In this document: positions 12,701 to 22,560 of the stretch, piece by piece
How the letters are laid out: each line of letters opens with the position of its first letter
How positions within the stretch are numbered: position 1 is the stretch's first letter
DNA from: Naegleria gruberi
Taxonomy: Eukaryota
Assembly (NCBI GenBank): GCA_000004985.1
Contig: GG738912.1
Direction: 5' to 3' (one strand)
Length of the DNA: 64,000 nt
The notes under the pieces: model-generated
The model's input: only the letters and a program-made list of their open reading frames with translations
Database searches by the model: none
What the model was told of the DNA's origin: nothing
Position numbers and translations under genes: made by a program

Positions 12701-14053
12701 AAGGAAAGTTCTACCACCATCAGTTGCCATACAAAAGATTACATCATTATCATCAATAGAAAGTGTTCTTGGATAATATGGAGCAATATTTGCTACTGTT
12801 GTAATTATATTAGTCAACAAGTCAATCTTTCTAATTCTTTTACCATTTCCTTCAGCAATATACAAGTAATTACCCTTTTTGGCAATCTTTTTAATATTGT
12901 TAAAATAAGCAAATTTGTAAGAATCATAATCTCCAATATTTTCAACATCTCCACCAGCAATTTTAGTGAATGAAAGTAAATCAAGATCAACTAAATAAAC
13001 AGAAGAAGATTCAGCAACAATAAGAGTCTTGGAATTGAGTTGAGTTGCAGAGACAAGCTTTTTTTCAAAACTGAGCCATGTTGAAATAGTTCCACTATTT
13101 GCATCACCACTGAAAAGCTTAATATTGTTATTGGAAAGGAAATACTTTTTAGAGTTTACAGTGAAATAATTACTTAATGGACCACATTTAGAATTTGTAG
13201 CATCACCATCAACATCGTACACCTCACCATATGAACACCAAGCAATTAATTCAGCATCACTTGGGGAAGGTTGAGCAATCTTGTAAACACGTTTTTGTTT
13301 TGTCATACTATAATCACCATCTATCATAAAGTACATGGTCTCATCAGCATCAACAAAGAGTGAAATACCAATATAGTCCAAGCCATAAATCACATCTCCA
13401 GCAGTAGTCTTGATCAAGAGTGATTTCAATCCTTTATAAAGAATACCTCCAGATCCAGAATCCATGTTACTAGTGTCAGCTGTGTATAACTTTATCATTG
13501 AACTACCATCGATAGTAATCTTTTCAAACCAAAGTTGATAAGCAATAGAGTTTGTACCACTGACACGATTAACCATATCCCAGTGAGTAAAATAAATGTA
13601 GCCATTTCTGTAACTAATAGCCCTAATATTCGCATAAGTTCTAGAAATGTAGGTTGGTGTAAAGGAAAAAGTTGCACCAGTGGTCAAATCAATTCTTCCG
13701 ATAGAAGCTTTATCTGATTTAACATAGAAGAGGTACTTTTCACCACATGTCATATCTTTGGTAATTCCAGAAACATCAATAATCTTAACAAACTTGGATG
13801 GATTTACCATTTTATAAACAGAAGAATCAGTGACAACATAAATGGTCTCATTAATGTTACATGTTCCAATAATATTCTTGATAGGAACATCAAGACCATA
13901 TCCATCAGGGAATTTAACAGGACGAGAGTGTGAGCTCAAAAAATCCTTACTCTCAAACTCATAGAACGAGTAAGGTGTTGTTGCATGGACAAGGGCACAT
14001 GCCAGGAGTACTGTTAGAACAAGTACCCATAAAGAGTTTCGTTGTAGCTCCAT
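528..14053 (-). CDS. Giant multi-exon gene (~13.5 kb; estimated >4,000 aa) for a secreted type I membrane cysteine-rich adhesion/receptor-like protein
   Basis: ATG at 14053 is followed by signal peptide MELQRNSLWVLVLTVLLACALVHA. The large ORF blocks 9728..14053, 5870..7783, 3810..5852 and 528..3470 are all Cys-rich extracellular-type sequence without their own signal peptides. They are linked by about 8 short GTAAGT...YAG introns between 7926 and 9727 that keep the frame, e.g. ...CRHG|gtaagt...ag|ECTKDLECSMPGKGKC. The frame of 528..3470 stays open upstream into the N gap, and the frame of 3810..5852 ends at a GTAAGA donor 25 nt before the gap. A TM helix (IALILLIIPVLLIIVAVVGLIVCVL) and a 20-aa tail end at stop 528. 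Confidence 0.55.
3736..3785. other. Assembly gap (run of 50 N) inside an intron/exon boundary region of the giant gene
   Basis: Literal N characters 3736-3785. Confidence 0.99.
3810..5990 (-). CDS. Giant gene, internal exon: about 13 tandem 38-aa EGF-like repeats (..PCTLKCVNGQC.NTTGIAKC.CNTGYEGDLCEK..)
   Basis: The ORF 3810..5852 frame is open upstream to ~5985 (CSYGTSSCVCTSGKTGQFC...). Two alternating 38-aa repeat subtypes give a ~228-bp nucleotide tandem unit. A GTAAGA donor sits ~3820, immediately before the N gap. Confidence 0.6.
4650..5770 (-). repeat. Tandem array of ~228-bp units encoding alternating 38-aa EGF-like repeats
   Basis: Near-identical peptide repeats in the 3810..5852 translation. 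The same periodicity shows in the opposite-strand six-frame ORFs (e.g. 4912..5136 repeats HFKVHGFGIFFSHKSPSNP twice). Confidence 0.7.
5975..7925 (-). CDS. Giant gene, internal exon: tandem Cys-rich modules (C..C....DC...C)
   Basis: The ORF 5870..7783 frame stays open upstream of its Met to the acceptor at about 7925 (...S|GTANRHKCSGNKCVANC...). So the Met at 7783 is internal. About 20 copies of a ~30-aa six-Cys module. At ~5975 the frame breaks by 1 nt relative to the next block. Confidence 0.6.
9728..14053 (-). CDS. Giant gene, 5' exon: signal peptide, beta-propeller-like domain, EGF-like modules, CxxxxDC-type Cys-rich repeats
   Basis: A continuous 1,441-codon exon. Residues ~60-640 are beta-strand-rich with repeated YxxxD/G motifs. 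They are followed by 8 or more EGF-like modules (CSGHGTC..C.C..G..G..C, tenascin/Dictyostelium type) and then repeats of the form C....SDC...P.C....C. The exon ends at GTAAGT (9727), not at a genuine stop. Confidence 0.7.
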   Translation of the reverse strand: MELQRNSLWVLVLTVLLACALVHATTPYSFYEFESKDFLSSHSRPVKFPDGYGLDVPIKNIIGTCNINETIYVVTDSSVYKMVNPSKFVKIIDVSGITKDMTCGEKYLFYVKSDKASIGRIDLTTGATFSFTPTYISRTYANIRAISYRNGYIYFTHWDMVNRVSGTNSIAYQLWFEKITIDGSSMIKLYTADTSNMDSGSGGILYKGLKSLLIKTTAGDVIYGLDYIGISLFVDADETMYFMIDGDYSMTKQKRVYKIAQPSPSDAELIAWCSYGEVYDVDGDATNSKCGPLSNYFTVNSKKYFLSNNNIKLFSGDANSGTISTWLSFEKKLVSATQLNSKTLIVAESSSVYLVDLDLLSFTKIAGGDVENIGDYDSYKFAYFNNIKKIAKKGNYLYIAEGNGKRIRKIDLLTNIITTVANIAPYYPRTLSIDDNDVIFCMATDGGRTFLLKIAQNGNVVISFGGASSAGSDGSSASSCGSSCFWGELTFGGFSSKTQSMYAIQVASYKEYLCKHSAVNQGKSCNYLGDLSNVGARFVLNVAVAGDYVYVFKKNVISIYTLDLVWAGEIYPAFTFASAGSIVYVSDREQVFVTDPTFTTFYTIVKDTGYLSTDSSVKSLMAGASDMVLLDDGSIMYVHSSSNSIKILTPKSCISTIPGIDFDHKCEIQCNGKYSSALDVCNGRGQCTFIYDKSKKVGSGICKCRTGLNGADCEGVICPDCQLKCFDKVANDSSVCSGHGTCDSLDKCSCTPNHNGNQCQFTTCNGIPNTNSTVCSGNGVCSGFDNCTCNSGFNGSNCEQTTCFGSSNLDTSVCGGHGKCIAKDTCKCQSGYSGSQCQAISCFGIPASNSLVCSGHGTCSKPDTCTCTNSFTGSSCNITTCGSMKSDNPEVCGSVDAGWCESKDNCACKPGMVRTNSLTCKRPCGSCSGFSANKLCQSVSGVSYCSPVSCSTANTYAVSTCTTNGMYFCGSSGVCAFECASDSDCTNEYRFGKCDTDSSSTSYRTCKKTCSSNADCTSARFPICVDYGAKGSRCEKTPCTTSSNCTNPVYPYCVRSTCDNVECSVDSECESVPGKPYCNKNGACVPKPCIVSSECSSTSYKYCSFLPLNGTSYCSKVECTEDANCKNVNGKPTCSSNTCVAKSCSADKDCPQNGVNKYCINSQCKAMYPPCASSSDCSSYLDTPTCNTTLNMCVPTMCKYGKDCPASTKGCRVTPYSTMYGNSKVCAIECETDSHCSNTPGKPICENNVCVERTCSQDSDCPQDGANKYCKSGKCATACLVDNDCYGTFNVCMAKNGYECATYNLNDICESNDDCPSKFGACMTSPLTGLMNCGKECIADTNCTSPTRPSCDLSNYSCKEKVCLGDYGCLGFNWSPMCDNNRCNGECSTDFHCSGRPGTQRCDASKFKCITQTCTSDESCKSYGEGYFPHCVNGMCRHGKF

Positions 14054-15736
14054 TTTTTTGTTCAAACTTGTTTTTGCTGGGTAGCTTAGCCAACCGCAAC
14101 ATGTGTTGTTGTTAAACATGTCTATTTTAATGCTTAGATTCAAGAGATCGTCTTCATTGCCATATTGTATCACTACAAACATAGTATTTATTGTAAATGC
14201 ATGCCTTTATTTAAAGAGTACTAATAAAGACATGAAGATGGGGCTCCAAACTTGTGTTTAATCTCCTAATTGTAAACATGCACTTTTGGGAGATTCTGGC
14301 TTTTAAGGCGCAAGTGTATTTGAGACATTCACCGACTATTAAGAGGCCTCTGTTGTTTCACATAGGACGATAATTGGTTCTGTGTGTATTACCACAGCGA
14401 GGAAAACCACAAGAAATACAAGACTTCCTTAGTTTTCCTCAAGTTAAAACTTGGCGGAAACACATGCTGTGATATATTAATAAACCTTAATGATTCACCT
14501 TAATTAGGGTGGAAACACAACAAATTAATAGTATGCAGTTCACCCGTTTTACGTTGCCAGCTGAATCATTGGCTTGCAAGAAAAATGAAAGCGATACAAA
14601 GTCTACCCAAGTATGCGATACCAAATCATACCGCTAATTTGCTGTAGTTCCAAAAAAAGTCCATTCTGGGAATCAAAACAAAATTTTCCTACACTATTTG
14701 AGTTTAGCTCCTCAAATCAAACCAAAAGCTAATAAGGAACTGAAGGATGAATAAGGAAGAAAAAATCGACAGCGCTAAATCAAACTTTTAAAGCACGAAT
14801 TAGGTTGGACCAAGGCAGACCCACTCTTAAAATATATTCCCTTCACTCTGATATTCGAGTGCCAAGCAAGCAAATGCTCTTGAGCATTTCCGGCTCCAGA
14901 ATTTTGGTGTGAATGCTCGTGTGCAAGCTCCTCTATTTCCATTTATAACCTTCAGTTCCATTCCTGACCTTCAGTTCCATATTAAAATATCAACAAAATG
15001 TATTTTAAAATGTATTATTAATAATATAATAAGGCTGGCAATTATTTGTTGTTGAATCAGTCCTGTTGGTTGAATTGGCACATTGTGTTTCTTTGATTTT
15101 GTGTTTACCTTAATTAAAATAGTAGCGAGAAATAACGTTGCTTACTACATGTATGTATTCTACCTTATTCCAGATCCATTTCCAAGTGGAAAAAGCAAGG
15201 GTTGTGAAGGATTTATTTATTTTGGAAGCTCTGTTATTAGTTGTAAGGATTTATGGATTAATAGTCAACAGGTGAAATTACCTCTAATGTTTGATATAAA
15301 GCTAGTGAATGTGCAATTAAAGTCAGTGTTCAAATCGTAAAACCCATTAATGATGGGCCAAACAAATTTGGATACTAAGAATTTGCCGCCTGTCAAAATG
15401 AAAACCGTTACGATTATTAAATAATAAATATTCACCATCAGAAAAAAACTTACCAACAAGAAATCACACCAACAACAATCAATAATTTATTTACCATGGG
15501 TGTGATTTCTTGTTGGTAAGTAGTTAGTTCAAAAAAATTGATGTGATAGAGCTGTAACATATTTCCACGTATCAACCAATTTCACACTTATCTCATCAAC
15601 ATTAGGTATCAAGCAAAGATGATCTTGCCATTACAATATCCGTCGAGGCTTTAAACCCCAGATAGTACGCACTCGCAGATGCTCGTATAAATAATTCACG
15701 GTTCTTCAAAGATGATGTTTTCACACACAAACAAAA

Positions 15737-16551
15737 ATGCAACTCCACTACTTTAACATCCAAGCTGTAAGTAATCCAATAATAATTGGTTATCGTGATG
15801 TGCTAATCTCATCTTTTAACACGTTTGTGGTAAAAATTATATAAATCTTCATCGTCATCCTTGTCATCTTCGTCGTTCCTATATTGTGAAAATAATTATT
15901 ATTAATATTAATATTATTTCACAGAGATCCGAAGCCGCTTACTTGATTGCTCTCCAAGGTCAACTCCCAGTCGAAAGAAAGGGTGTTAGCAGTTTTGCTG
16001 ATAGTGACTTGAAGAAGAGTGCCCCATTCGGCCAACTTCCTCTCCTTGAAACTGATGATAGCACAGTTCTTGCCCAATCACTTGCCATTTGTCAATTTTT
16101 GGCTGAAAAGTCAAACTTGCTTCCATCCCAATCAAGTGCCAATCAAGGACAAGACTCTGCCTTGTTAAATGCTCTTGCATTGTCCTATGTTTTGGGTGTT
16201 GATGAATTCAGAAGTGAAGCTTATCGTGCTCATAGACCAACCACTGCTGAAACTGCTGAAAAAGACAAAACTGAATGGAAGGAAGGAAGACAAGCATTCT
16301 TCTTGTCTAAATTCGAACAAGTTCTTGCTCACTCAAAGAGTGGCTTCCTTGTTGGAAACACCTTGTCATGGGCTGACATTTGTCTCTATGATGCCTTGTA
16401 TGAACAAAAGTTCTTGTTTGCTTCTGATTTTGCTGAAAAGTATCCACATTTGAGCAAGTTGATGAATCAAATGGAAGAATTGCCAAATCTCAAGTCCTAT
16501 ATTAATGATCCAAATAGATTGCCACTCTACTTGCCAAAATGGAGAAATTAA
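15737..16551 (+). CDS. Glutathione S-transferase (sigma/alpha-like), two exons: 15737..15766 and 15925..16551
   Basis: ATG CAA CTC CAC TAC TTT AAC ATC CAA GCT|gtaagt ... ttcacag|AGA TCC GAA GCC gives MQLHYFNIQARSEAAYLIALQG..., the classic GST N-terminal beta-alpha-beta motif. FGQLPLLETDDSTVLAQSLAICQFLA is the G-site. The C-terminal helical domain is LSWADICLYDAL. Intron of 158 nt. Confidence 0.85.
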
Positions 16552-16610
16552 TTAGTAAACTAATAAATTAAATATATTATTAAATTCTTATTGTTGTTGG
16601 AAAGTAAAAA

Positions 16611-17045
16611 TTACTTGTCCTTCGATGATTCAACTTCCTTTGTTTCCTTGGTATTAGATTCCCTTTGTTTTAGTTGAACCTTATCCTCCAAATCAATAAT
16701 CTTCTTTTCCTTCATATTAACTCCTAAAGTGATCAAAGACAAAACTGCTCCGATCATGGACATGTAAAAGTTTCTCTGTGCTCTAAATTCCTTCATTTGT
16801 CTCTGTGCTTCCAACTCAAAGGTCTTTGCAGTAGCCTTCTCAAGATGATACTTATTCATATCCGAATAGCAGAAGAAAGCCAACACTAAAAAGACAACCA
16901 ACAAGCCTAAGAAAATTGCCTTTCCAGAATCCAATTTTCTAACGAGTTTTGTCCTCAAGAAGGATGGAAGAGGAACAAATAATAGAACCAAGTTTAGGGT
17001 GGTGAGGAGAGCAAGGGCAAGAAAAACGAGATACCAACTTGACAT
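16611..17045 (-). CDS. BAP31/Bcap31-like ER membrane protein (three N-terminal TM helices plus C-terminal coiled coil)
   Basis: From the Met at 17045: MSSWYLVFLALALLTTLNLVLLF... The topology and the coiled-coil tail (ELEAQRQMKEFRAQ...KIIDLEDKVQLKQRE) match the B-cell-receptor-associated-protein-31 family. The upstream in-frame ATG at 17078 lies in AT-rich leader sequence. Confidence 0.55.
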   Translation of the reverse strand: MSSWYLVFLALALLTTLNLVLLFVPLPSFLRTKLVRKLDSGKAIFLGLLVVFLVLAFFCYSDMNKYHLEKATAKTFELEAQRQMKEFRAQRNFYMSMIGAVLSLITLGVNMKEKKIIDLEDKVQLKQRESNTKETKEVESSKDK

Positions 17046-17696
17046 TTTTTTTATTAAAATATTTTTAGTTGTTTCCATTCTATATGAAGAACAAATTTGG
17101 AAATTTTATAAATATTTGAAAATACGTGTAAATTATTGTAAATTATTCTTGTATACCGGGAAACGTACTTGCCAACTAGTACACGAAAAACAGCTCTTGA
17201 AACGTGCACTTGTGTGTTTAAGAATGAGAAGGTCAAAATCCTTAATATTTACTTTATTATTTACAACTTTTCCTACCCTCAAAATTTACTGTAGTTACAG
17301 TATTGTGTGACTTGTGAATTATACCACAGTGGCTTTCCTTTTTGAGTTTTTTTTGAAAATGGAGTTTGAACACTAGGTGGGTTACGTGGTGCGTATTTCA
17401 GTTACTAAAACAATATTGAATATATAGTAGTATGAAGAGTATATGATTGTATGATTTGTGAACTTGAGTAAGGAAATTATTCGAAACTAACTTCTTCTAT
17501 TTGTCACTTTTCATGGAAATTGAGATTCAATGAAATTAATTAGAATTTAAACAATAAGTGTATATATCTCCACACGTTGTAAACAACTCACACATCGCAA
17601 GAAGCCGCCTGAAACTACTGAACTTGGTTTCGAATAAATTCAACAATCATTTTCACATTTCTTCTCAATCCAAAAAAAAAAAACAATCTCAAGAAA

Positions 17697-18245
17697 ATGA
17701 AAACTATCATTCTCTCCCTTGTCCTCCTTGCTCTCCTTGCCATGACATCAGTCAATGGTCAATACCTCAGAACTTCCAGCTACACTGACTCCAAATGTTC
17801 AAGCACTATCCCAATGTTGGATCTCTACACTCCAAGTACTAACTGTACCTCCAACCCAACCTGTACTGCCAGTAACACCACCTCACTCTATTCCACTACT
17901 CAATGTACTTCAACTGTTCCTTCCATTGGTTCCAAGAATACTTTACAATTATCCATTTATTCTGACACTACTTGTGCTAGTGCTAATTTGGCTGTTTCAC
18001 AAATCTTCCCATTGGATACTTGTGTTGCTATTTCAGGTGTTGGTTCCTATAAGAGTACTGCCTGTAGATATTTGACTATTTATTATGATAGTGCCTGTAC
18101 TAGTGTTAAACAAACTGTCGATTATTCTGCATATAATGGCGTTTGTCTTTCTGGAACTAAATATGTTTGTTCTGGAGCTGAAAAGATGATTGGATCAAGC
18201 ATTATGATCGCATTGATGATTATTGTTTCATTCTTTACTTTTTAA
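17697..18245 (+). CDS. Small secreted Cys-rich protein with a C-terminal hydrophobic GPI-type signal (ponticulin-like)
   Basis: Signal peptide MKTIILSLVLLALLAMTSVNG. Ten Cys in S/T-rich context. C-terminal ...GSSIMIALMIIVSFFTF. This architecture is typical of the amoebozoan ponticulin-like family. Confidence 0.45.
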   Translation: MKTIILSLVLLALLAMTSVNGQYLRTSSYTDSKCSSTIPMLDLYTPSTNCTSNPTCTASNTTSLYSTTQCTSTVPSIGSKNTLQLSIYSDTTCASANLAVSQIFPLDTCVAISGVGSYKSTACRYLTIYYDSACTSVKQTVDYSAYNGVCLSGTKYVCSGAEKMIGSSIMIALMIIVSFFTF

Positions 18246-18352
18246 AATAAAGTAGTATTTATAACATAAATTATTAGAATGTTGTTTTGTGACAACATAA
18301 CAAGGATTGAAGGATAAGGAACGAAAACTTTCAAGAACATGGTGAATTGAGA

Positions 18353-18889
18353 TTAGAAAGCATTAATCAACTTTTTAGCTTCAGAATCAGCAGATGGACT
18401 TTGTCTTTCATTGGCGACCTTCATAACAAGAGTCAAATTGCATTCCAAAGTGACAACCAAATCAGAACCATTAACCTTGTAAGAATAGCCAAGGAAACCA
18501 GAAGATTCCTTACTATCAGCATTGTGAACAACTCTGAAAATCAACTTTTCCAATCCCATGAATGCTTCCTTACAATCAGGATCTTGGATGAAAACCTTGG
18601 CAATTTCACTCATATTGCTCAATCTTGGACTTTCGGTTAAGAATTTGATACAATTATTCAACAAGGTATCTTCAGCAAATCTGTCACCATACTTGTACTT
18701 GGTTTCAGTTGGCAATGCTGCAAGAGAAGCCCAATCCAACAAGATGATCATCTTTGGATTGACTTGTTGAAGATTCTTGGTAGCAGGAACAAAACGATTG
18801 TTGAATAATTCACGAACTACCTTCTTGAATGCCAAACCACTTCCACATACGTTTTGGTTGAATAATTCTTCGTGAGTAAGTTGAGTCAT
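18353..18889 (-). CDS. Hypothetical 178-aa globular protein (no family recognised)
   Basis: Single ORF of non-repetitive composition with clean AT-rich flanks. Confidence 0.4.
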   Translation of the reverse strand: MTQLTHEELFNQNVCGSGLAFKKVVRELFNNRFVPATKNLQQVNPKMIILLDWASLAALPTETKYKYGDRFAEDTLLNNCIKFLTESPRLSNMSEIAKVFIQDPDCKEAFMGLEKLIFRVVHNADSKESSGFLGYSYKVNGSDLVVTLECNLTLVMKVANERQSPSADSEAKKLINAF

Positions 18890-20042
18890 TTCTTAAGATT
18901 TTAATAGCTTTTGAGTTATTTCAAATATTGAATTTGTTTTTTGATTTGTTTAATAACTCCTGTGAATGGTAAATTGATTTTATAGCAAATTTTAATGACT
19001 AAGATTACAATAGTTACAATGGAGTTTAATAGAGTTCAAATGTTTTCTGAGAATTGAAGTGATTGAACAATTGTGGAACAACCTTATTGAGAAGTCAGTA
19101 AGAGGAATGGTAACACCTCAGTTTCTTTAGAATGCATCTTACTATCGAATAGGATGGAAACAGCAAAAATTGGATATGGAAAAGGGAGGATATTAGTTTA
19201 CAATATTCTCATTTAACCGTAAGGATAGCATAACTGCTAATAATTGGGAACTCATTGTAACTTGTGTAATCACTAAATTGATAACACTAAAAAATTAGCA
19301 CTTCATGTAGACATGCACACATGTACAATCATCATGCATGATTTTGAAATACGAGTTTACATGAATAGTTATTGAATCAACATCTCAATTTTATTGAAAA
19401 TATCAAGAATTGGAATTTAAAGCAACATGTGGTTTTTCGAATAGATTACTCTTCATGTCGTGTTCTTATTGGTTGAATTCAGGTAAAACTTCACTCATTT
19501 GACAACTTGTTCTGATGATGTAAGGGATTGAGTATGTATGTTATTTTGAAACAGTTTATAATGTCTCTGATTTCGAACAATTAAGAGATTAAACAAGTTT
19601 TAAAGAGTGTGTTTTCTTCTGGTTGCGTTGACCAGAATCATTGTTTCACATGCAAGAGCTTCATATTTATGTGAATTGTAAACAAAATACATCGTGTTAA
19701 TTCATATTAGGATGCCATCTTTTTAACAAATACATCTATTATGATATTTCATTAAATATATGATCAATCAATACATAGTAGAATGCTCTTAGAAGTCATA
19801 GTAGAAGGATCATTGAAATCAAATAGCTGCTCCACAGTTTAAAGAAAAAAAAGCGGCAAAAAATTAAATCCAAAAAAAAATTCAAAAATCTGCTTTTCAC
19901 TCGCGCCGTTTATTGTTTTTTGATTTTCATCATCTACGAGGATAGTGCAGCAATTTAAATAATTCATCATCCATATTTTGTATAGATAGTAATAATAATA
20001 ATAATATTTATTTTTTTGATATAATATATAGCGATCATCATC

Positions 20043-20741
20043 ATGGCTCTTTATTATCAACAATATTATAATGCCTCACAATTAAATAATTCTACCAATC
20101 AGAATAATCATAACAATTTTCAATTACCAGTGTATGAAGGAAGTTATTTACATCCGTATTCAAAGTTGAGCTCTGATGGGTGTTCTAACTTGATCTTGTC
20201 GCAATATGCTGCTCCAAACTCATCACCTATTTCACTGGGAGAAATTACACAAATCACCAATGAAGTTAACACAATAGTTGATCAGGTGTATAACTCTGTG
20301 AAAATGTATGATTATATTTATTGGACTACATTTATTATTAGTATGGTATTGGCCATACCAACAATGGGTTTATCAGTGTTTGGAATTATATTTGTCATGT
20401 TCTTGCCAATGATGAAGGCACAAAAGATTATCACCAAGTTGAACAATGTTGCCAAACCACAAATTCAACAAGTATTGGAAAGGAAGAATCAAGAAAGATT
20501 TGAACCAGCTGGTTTGCAATGGTGTGTTGGTTACAGACAAATTTTGGTTGCTATCGTTGCTAACAGATATAACAATACTCCAAAATTTGAAACATCCATC
20601 GATATTAGTTTGAGACCAGTTCTCAGACAACCTGTTGTCATGGTAGTTCAACAACCACAACCTGTATATAACGTCCCACAACCAATGGTTCAACAACCAT
20701 TCAATCCAAATCAACAACCAATCGCTGCTGAACAAAAATAA
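20043..20741 (+). CDS. Hypothetical membrane protein with an N/Q-rich N-terminus, two hydrophobic helices and a Q/P-rich C-terminus
   Basis: ORF 232 aa. Hydrophobic segments WTTFIISMVLAIPTMGLSVFGIIFVMFLPMM. Family unknown. Confidence 0.35.
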   Translation: MALYYQQYYNASQLNNSTNQNNHNNFQLPVYEGSYLHPYSKLSSDGCSNLILSQYAAPNSSPISLGEITQITNEVNTIVDQVYNSVKMYDYIYWTTFIISMVLAIPTMGLSVFGIIFVMFLPMMKAQKIITKLNNVAKPQIQQVLERKNQERFEPAGLQWCVGYRQILVAIVANRYNNTPKFETSIDISLRPVLRQPVVMVVQQPQPVYNVPQPMVQQPFNPNQQPIAAEQK

Positions 20742-20898
20742 ATTATTCCTTCCTTAATATATTTATTATATTATTATATTAAATAGTACAGTTACAATTC
20801 AATTCCAAAGTTCAATTATACATTATTGAACTTGATTCAAGTAGATCAGCCACTATGCATTCATCAAAACATTCAATTAATATCATCTGCAAAGAAAA

Positions 20899-22560
20899 AT
20901 GTCCACAACCAACAACACTCTCAAGAAAGCCCTCTTGTGGTTCCGAAATGATTTACGTCTTCACGATAATGAAAGTCTCATCAAAACTCTTCGACTTGCA
21001 AACTCATCCAATAATAACACATCAAAGGTTGGAGTATTGCCACTCTATTGCTTTGATCCGAGACATTTTGGATTCTCTAGGATTGGTAAATTCAGAAAGG
21101 CCAATGCAAATAGAACTCGTTTCCTTACTGAATCAGTTGACAATTTGAGAAAGAATTTGATGAATGAATGGGGACTCAAGTTGATGATTCAAATAGGACA
21201 CCCAGAGGAGATTATTCCACATTTGTGTTCTCAATATGAAATTGAACAGGTTTTTGCAGATAAGGAAGTAACAAGTGAGGAAACAAGTATTGAACAAGTG
21301 TTGGAAAAACAAATCAATGTGAATTATTCTTATGGATTTTCAATGGTTCATGTTGAGGATTTACCATTCAAAATAGAAAACCTTCCTCATGTTTTTACTG
21401 ATTTTAGGAGAAAGGTCGAAAATCCAAAGCTCATAGTGAGACCACTTCTTCAATTGAGTCCAAACGAAAAGAAACTAATCTCATCACGAGTAGTTAACCT
21501 CATCCAAGATGAAAATGCACTTGGTAAAACACCAGATTTGAAAGTTTTAGGATATACAGATGAGGAAATCTCAGAAATGATGGAAAATCTCAAAGATCCT
21601 CGTTCAGTTCTCCACTTCAAGGGAGGTGAGGATGAAGCTCTTGCTCGCCTCAATGACTATCTCTGGACACAGGACAGACTGAAAACATATAAGGAAACCA
21701 GAAATGGTCTCGTTGGAGAGGCATACAGTAGTAAGCTGAGCCCATGGCTTTCACTCGGTTGCATTTCACCTCGTAAAATTTATCACGAAGTGAAAAGATA
21801 TGAAAAGGAAAGAGTTGAAAATGACAGCACTTATTGGTTGATTTTTGAATTATTGTGGAGAGATTACTTTAGATTCTTTGCTGAAAAGTTTGGAAATCAT
21901 ATTTTCATGTTGAAAGGTGTCACTCGTGCTTCATCGAAAAGGAAGGGTCTGATTGGAGATAGCTCTTCCAATAAGGTAGAATCGAAATATGACGAAACTC
22001 GATGGAAACAAGATTTAAAATTGTTCAAATTGTGGGCAGATGGTAAAACTGGTCTTCCATTCGTTGATGCCAACATGAGAGAGCTCAAAATTTCAGGTTG
22101 GATGAGTAATAGAGGTCGTCAAAATGTTGCCAGTTTCCTCAGTAAGGATTTGAATTTGGATTGGAGATTGGGAGCTGAATATTTTGAAAGCTTACTATTG
22201 GACCATTCAGTGACGAGTAATTGGGGTAATTGGCTCTATGCTGCTGGTGTTGGTGATGTGGATCCGAGAGGAGAGGCCAGATATTTCAATGTTGTGAAAC
22301 AGGGCTTTGATTATGATTTCAATGGAGAGTTTGTCAAGTTGTGGATTCCTGAGCTTGATCAGGTTCCCCAACGATGCATTCATGCACCTTACTTGATGAG
22401 TGAGTCTGAGCAGACGAATGCTAAATGTACTATTGGAGTGGATTATCCTAAATCATTGGTGAATGTGAAGGCTCATCATCATTTGAATGAGAATGGAGTC
22501 AAGGCAAATTATAAACATAAAACTGGTAAGGCCAATGAAAGGGAGAGAAAAATCAGATAA
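20899..22560 (+). CDS. Cryptochrome/photolyase family protein, CRY-DASH type
   Basis: 553-aa single exon. N-terminal WFRNDLRLHDN is the DASH signature. FAD-binding C-terminal region: ...WRDYFRF..., LFKLWADGKTGLPFVDANMRELKISGWMSNRGRQNVASFL, GNWLYAAGVG. Confidence 0.85.
   Translation: MSTTNNTLKKALLWFRNDLRLHDNESLIKTLRLANSSNNNTSKVGVLPLYCFDPRHFGFSRIGKFRKANANRTRFLTESVDNLRKNLMNEWGLKLMIQIGHPEEIIPHLCSQYEIEQVFADKEVTSEETSIEQVLEKQINVNYSYGFSMVHVEDLPFKIENLPHVFTDFRRKVENPKLIVRPLLQLSPNEKKLISSRVVNLIQDENALGKTPDLKVLGYTDEEISEMMENLKDPRSVLHFKGGEDEALARLNDYLWTQDRLKTYKETRNGLVGEAYSSKLSPWLSLGCISPRKIYHEVKRYEKERVENDSTYWLIFELLWRDYFRFFAEKFGNHIFMLKGVTRASSKRKGLIGDSSSNKVESKYDETRWKQDLKLFKLWADGKTGLPFVDANMRELKISGWMSNRGRQNVASFLSKDLNLDWRLGAEYFESLLLDHSVTSNWGNWLYAAGVGDVDPRGEARYFNVVKQGFDYDFNGEFVKLWIPELDQVPQRCIHAPYLMSESEQTNAKCTIGVDYPKSLVNVKAHHHLNENGVKANYKHKTGKANERERKIR

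Noticed and set aside
14280-14660. GC-richer intergenic block as a tRNA or snRNA gene
   Set aside because: I could not fold any part into a cloverleaf or match it to the U1/U2/U4/U5/U6, 7SL or 5S consensus sequences I know. It is kept only as an unexplained block in the findings.
16999-17310. Plus-strand 103-aa ORF overlapping the BAP31-like start region
   Set aside because: AT-rich and K/I/L/F-rich. It overlaps the 5' end of a better-supported minus-strand gene and has no conserved features.
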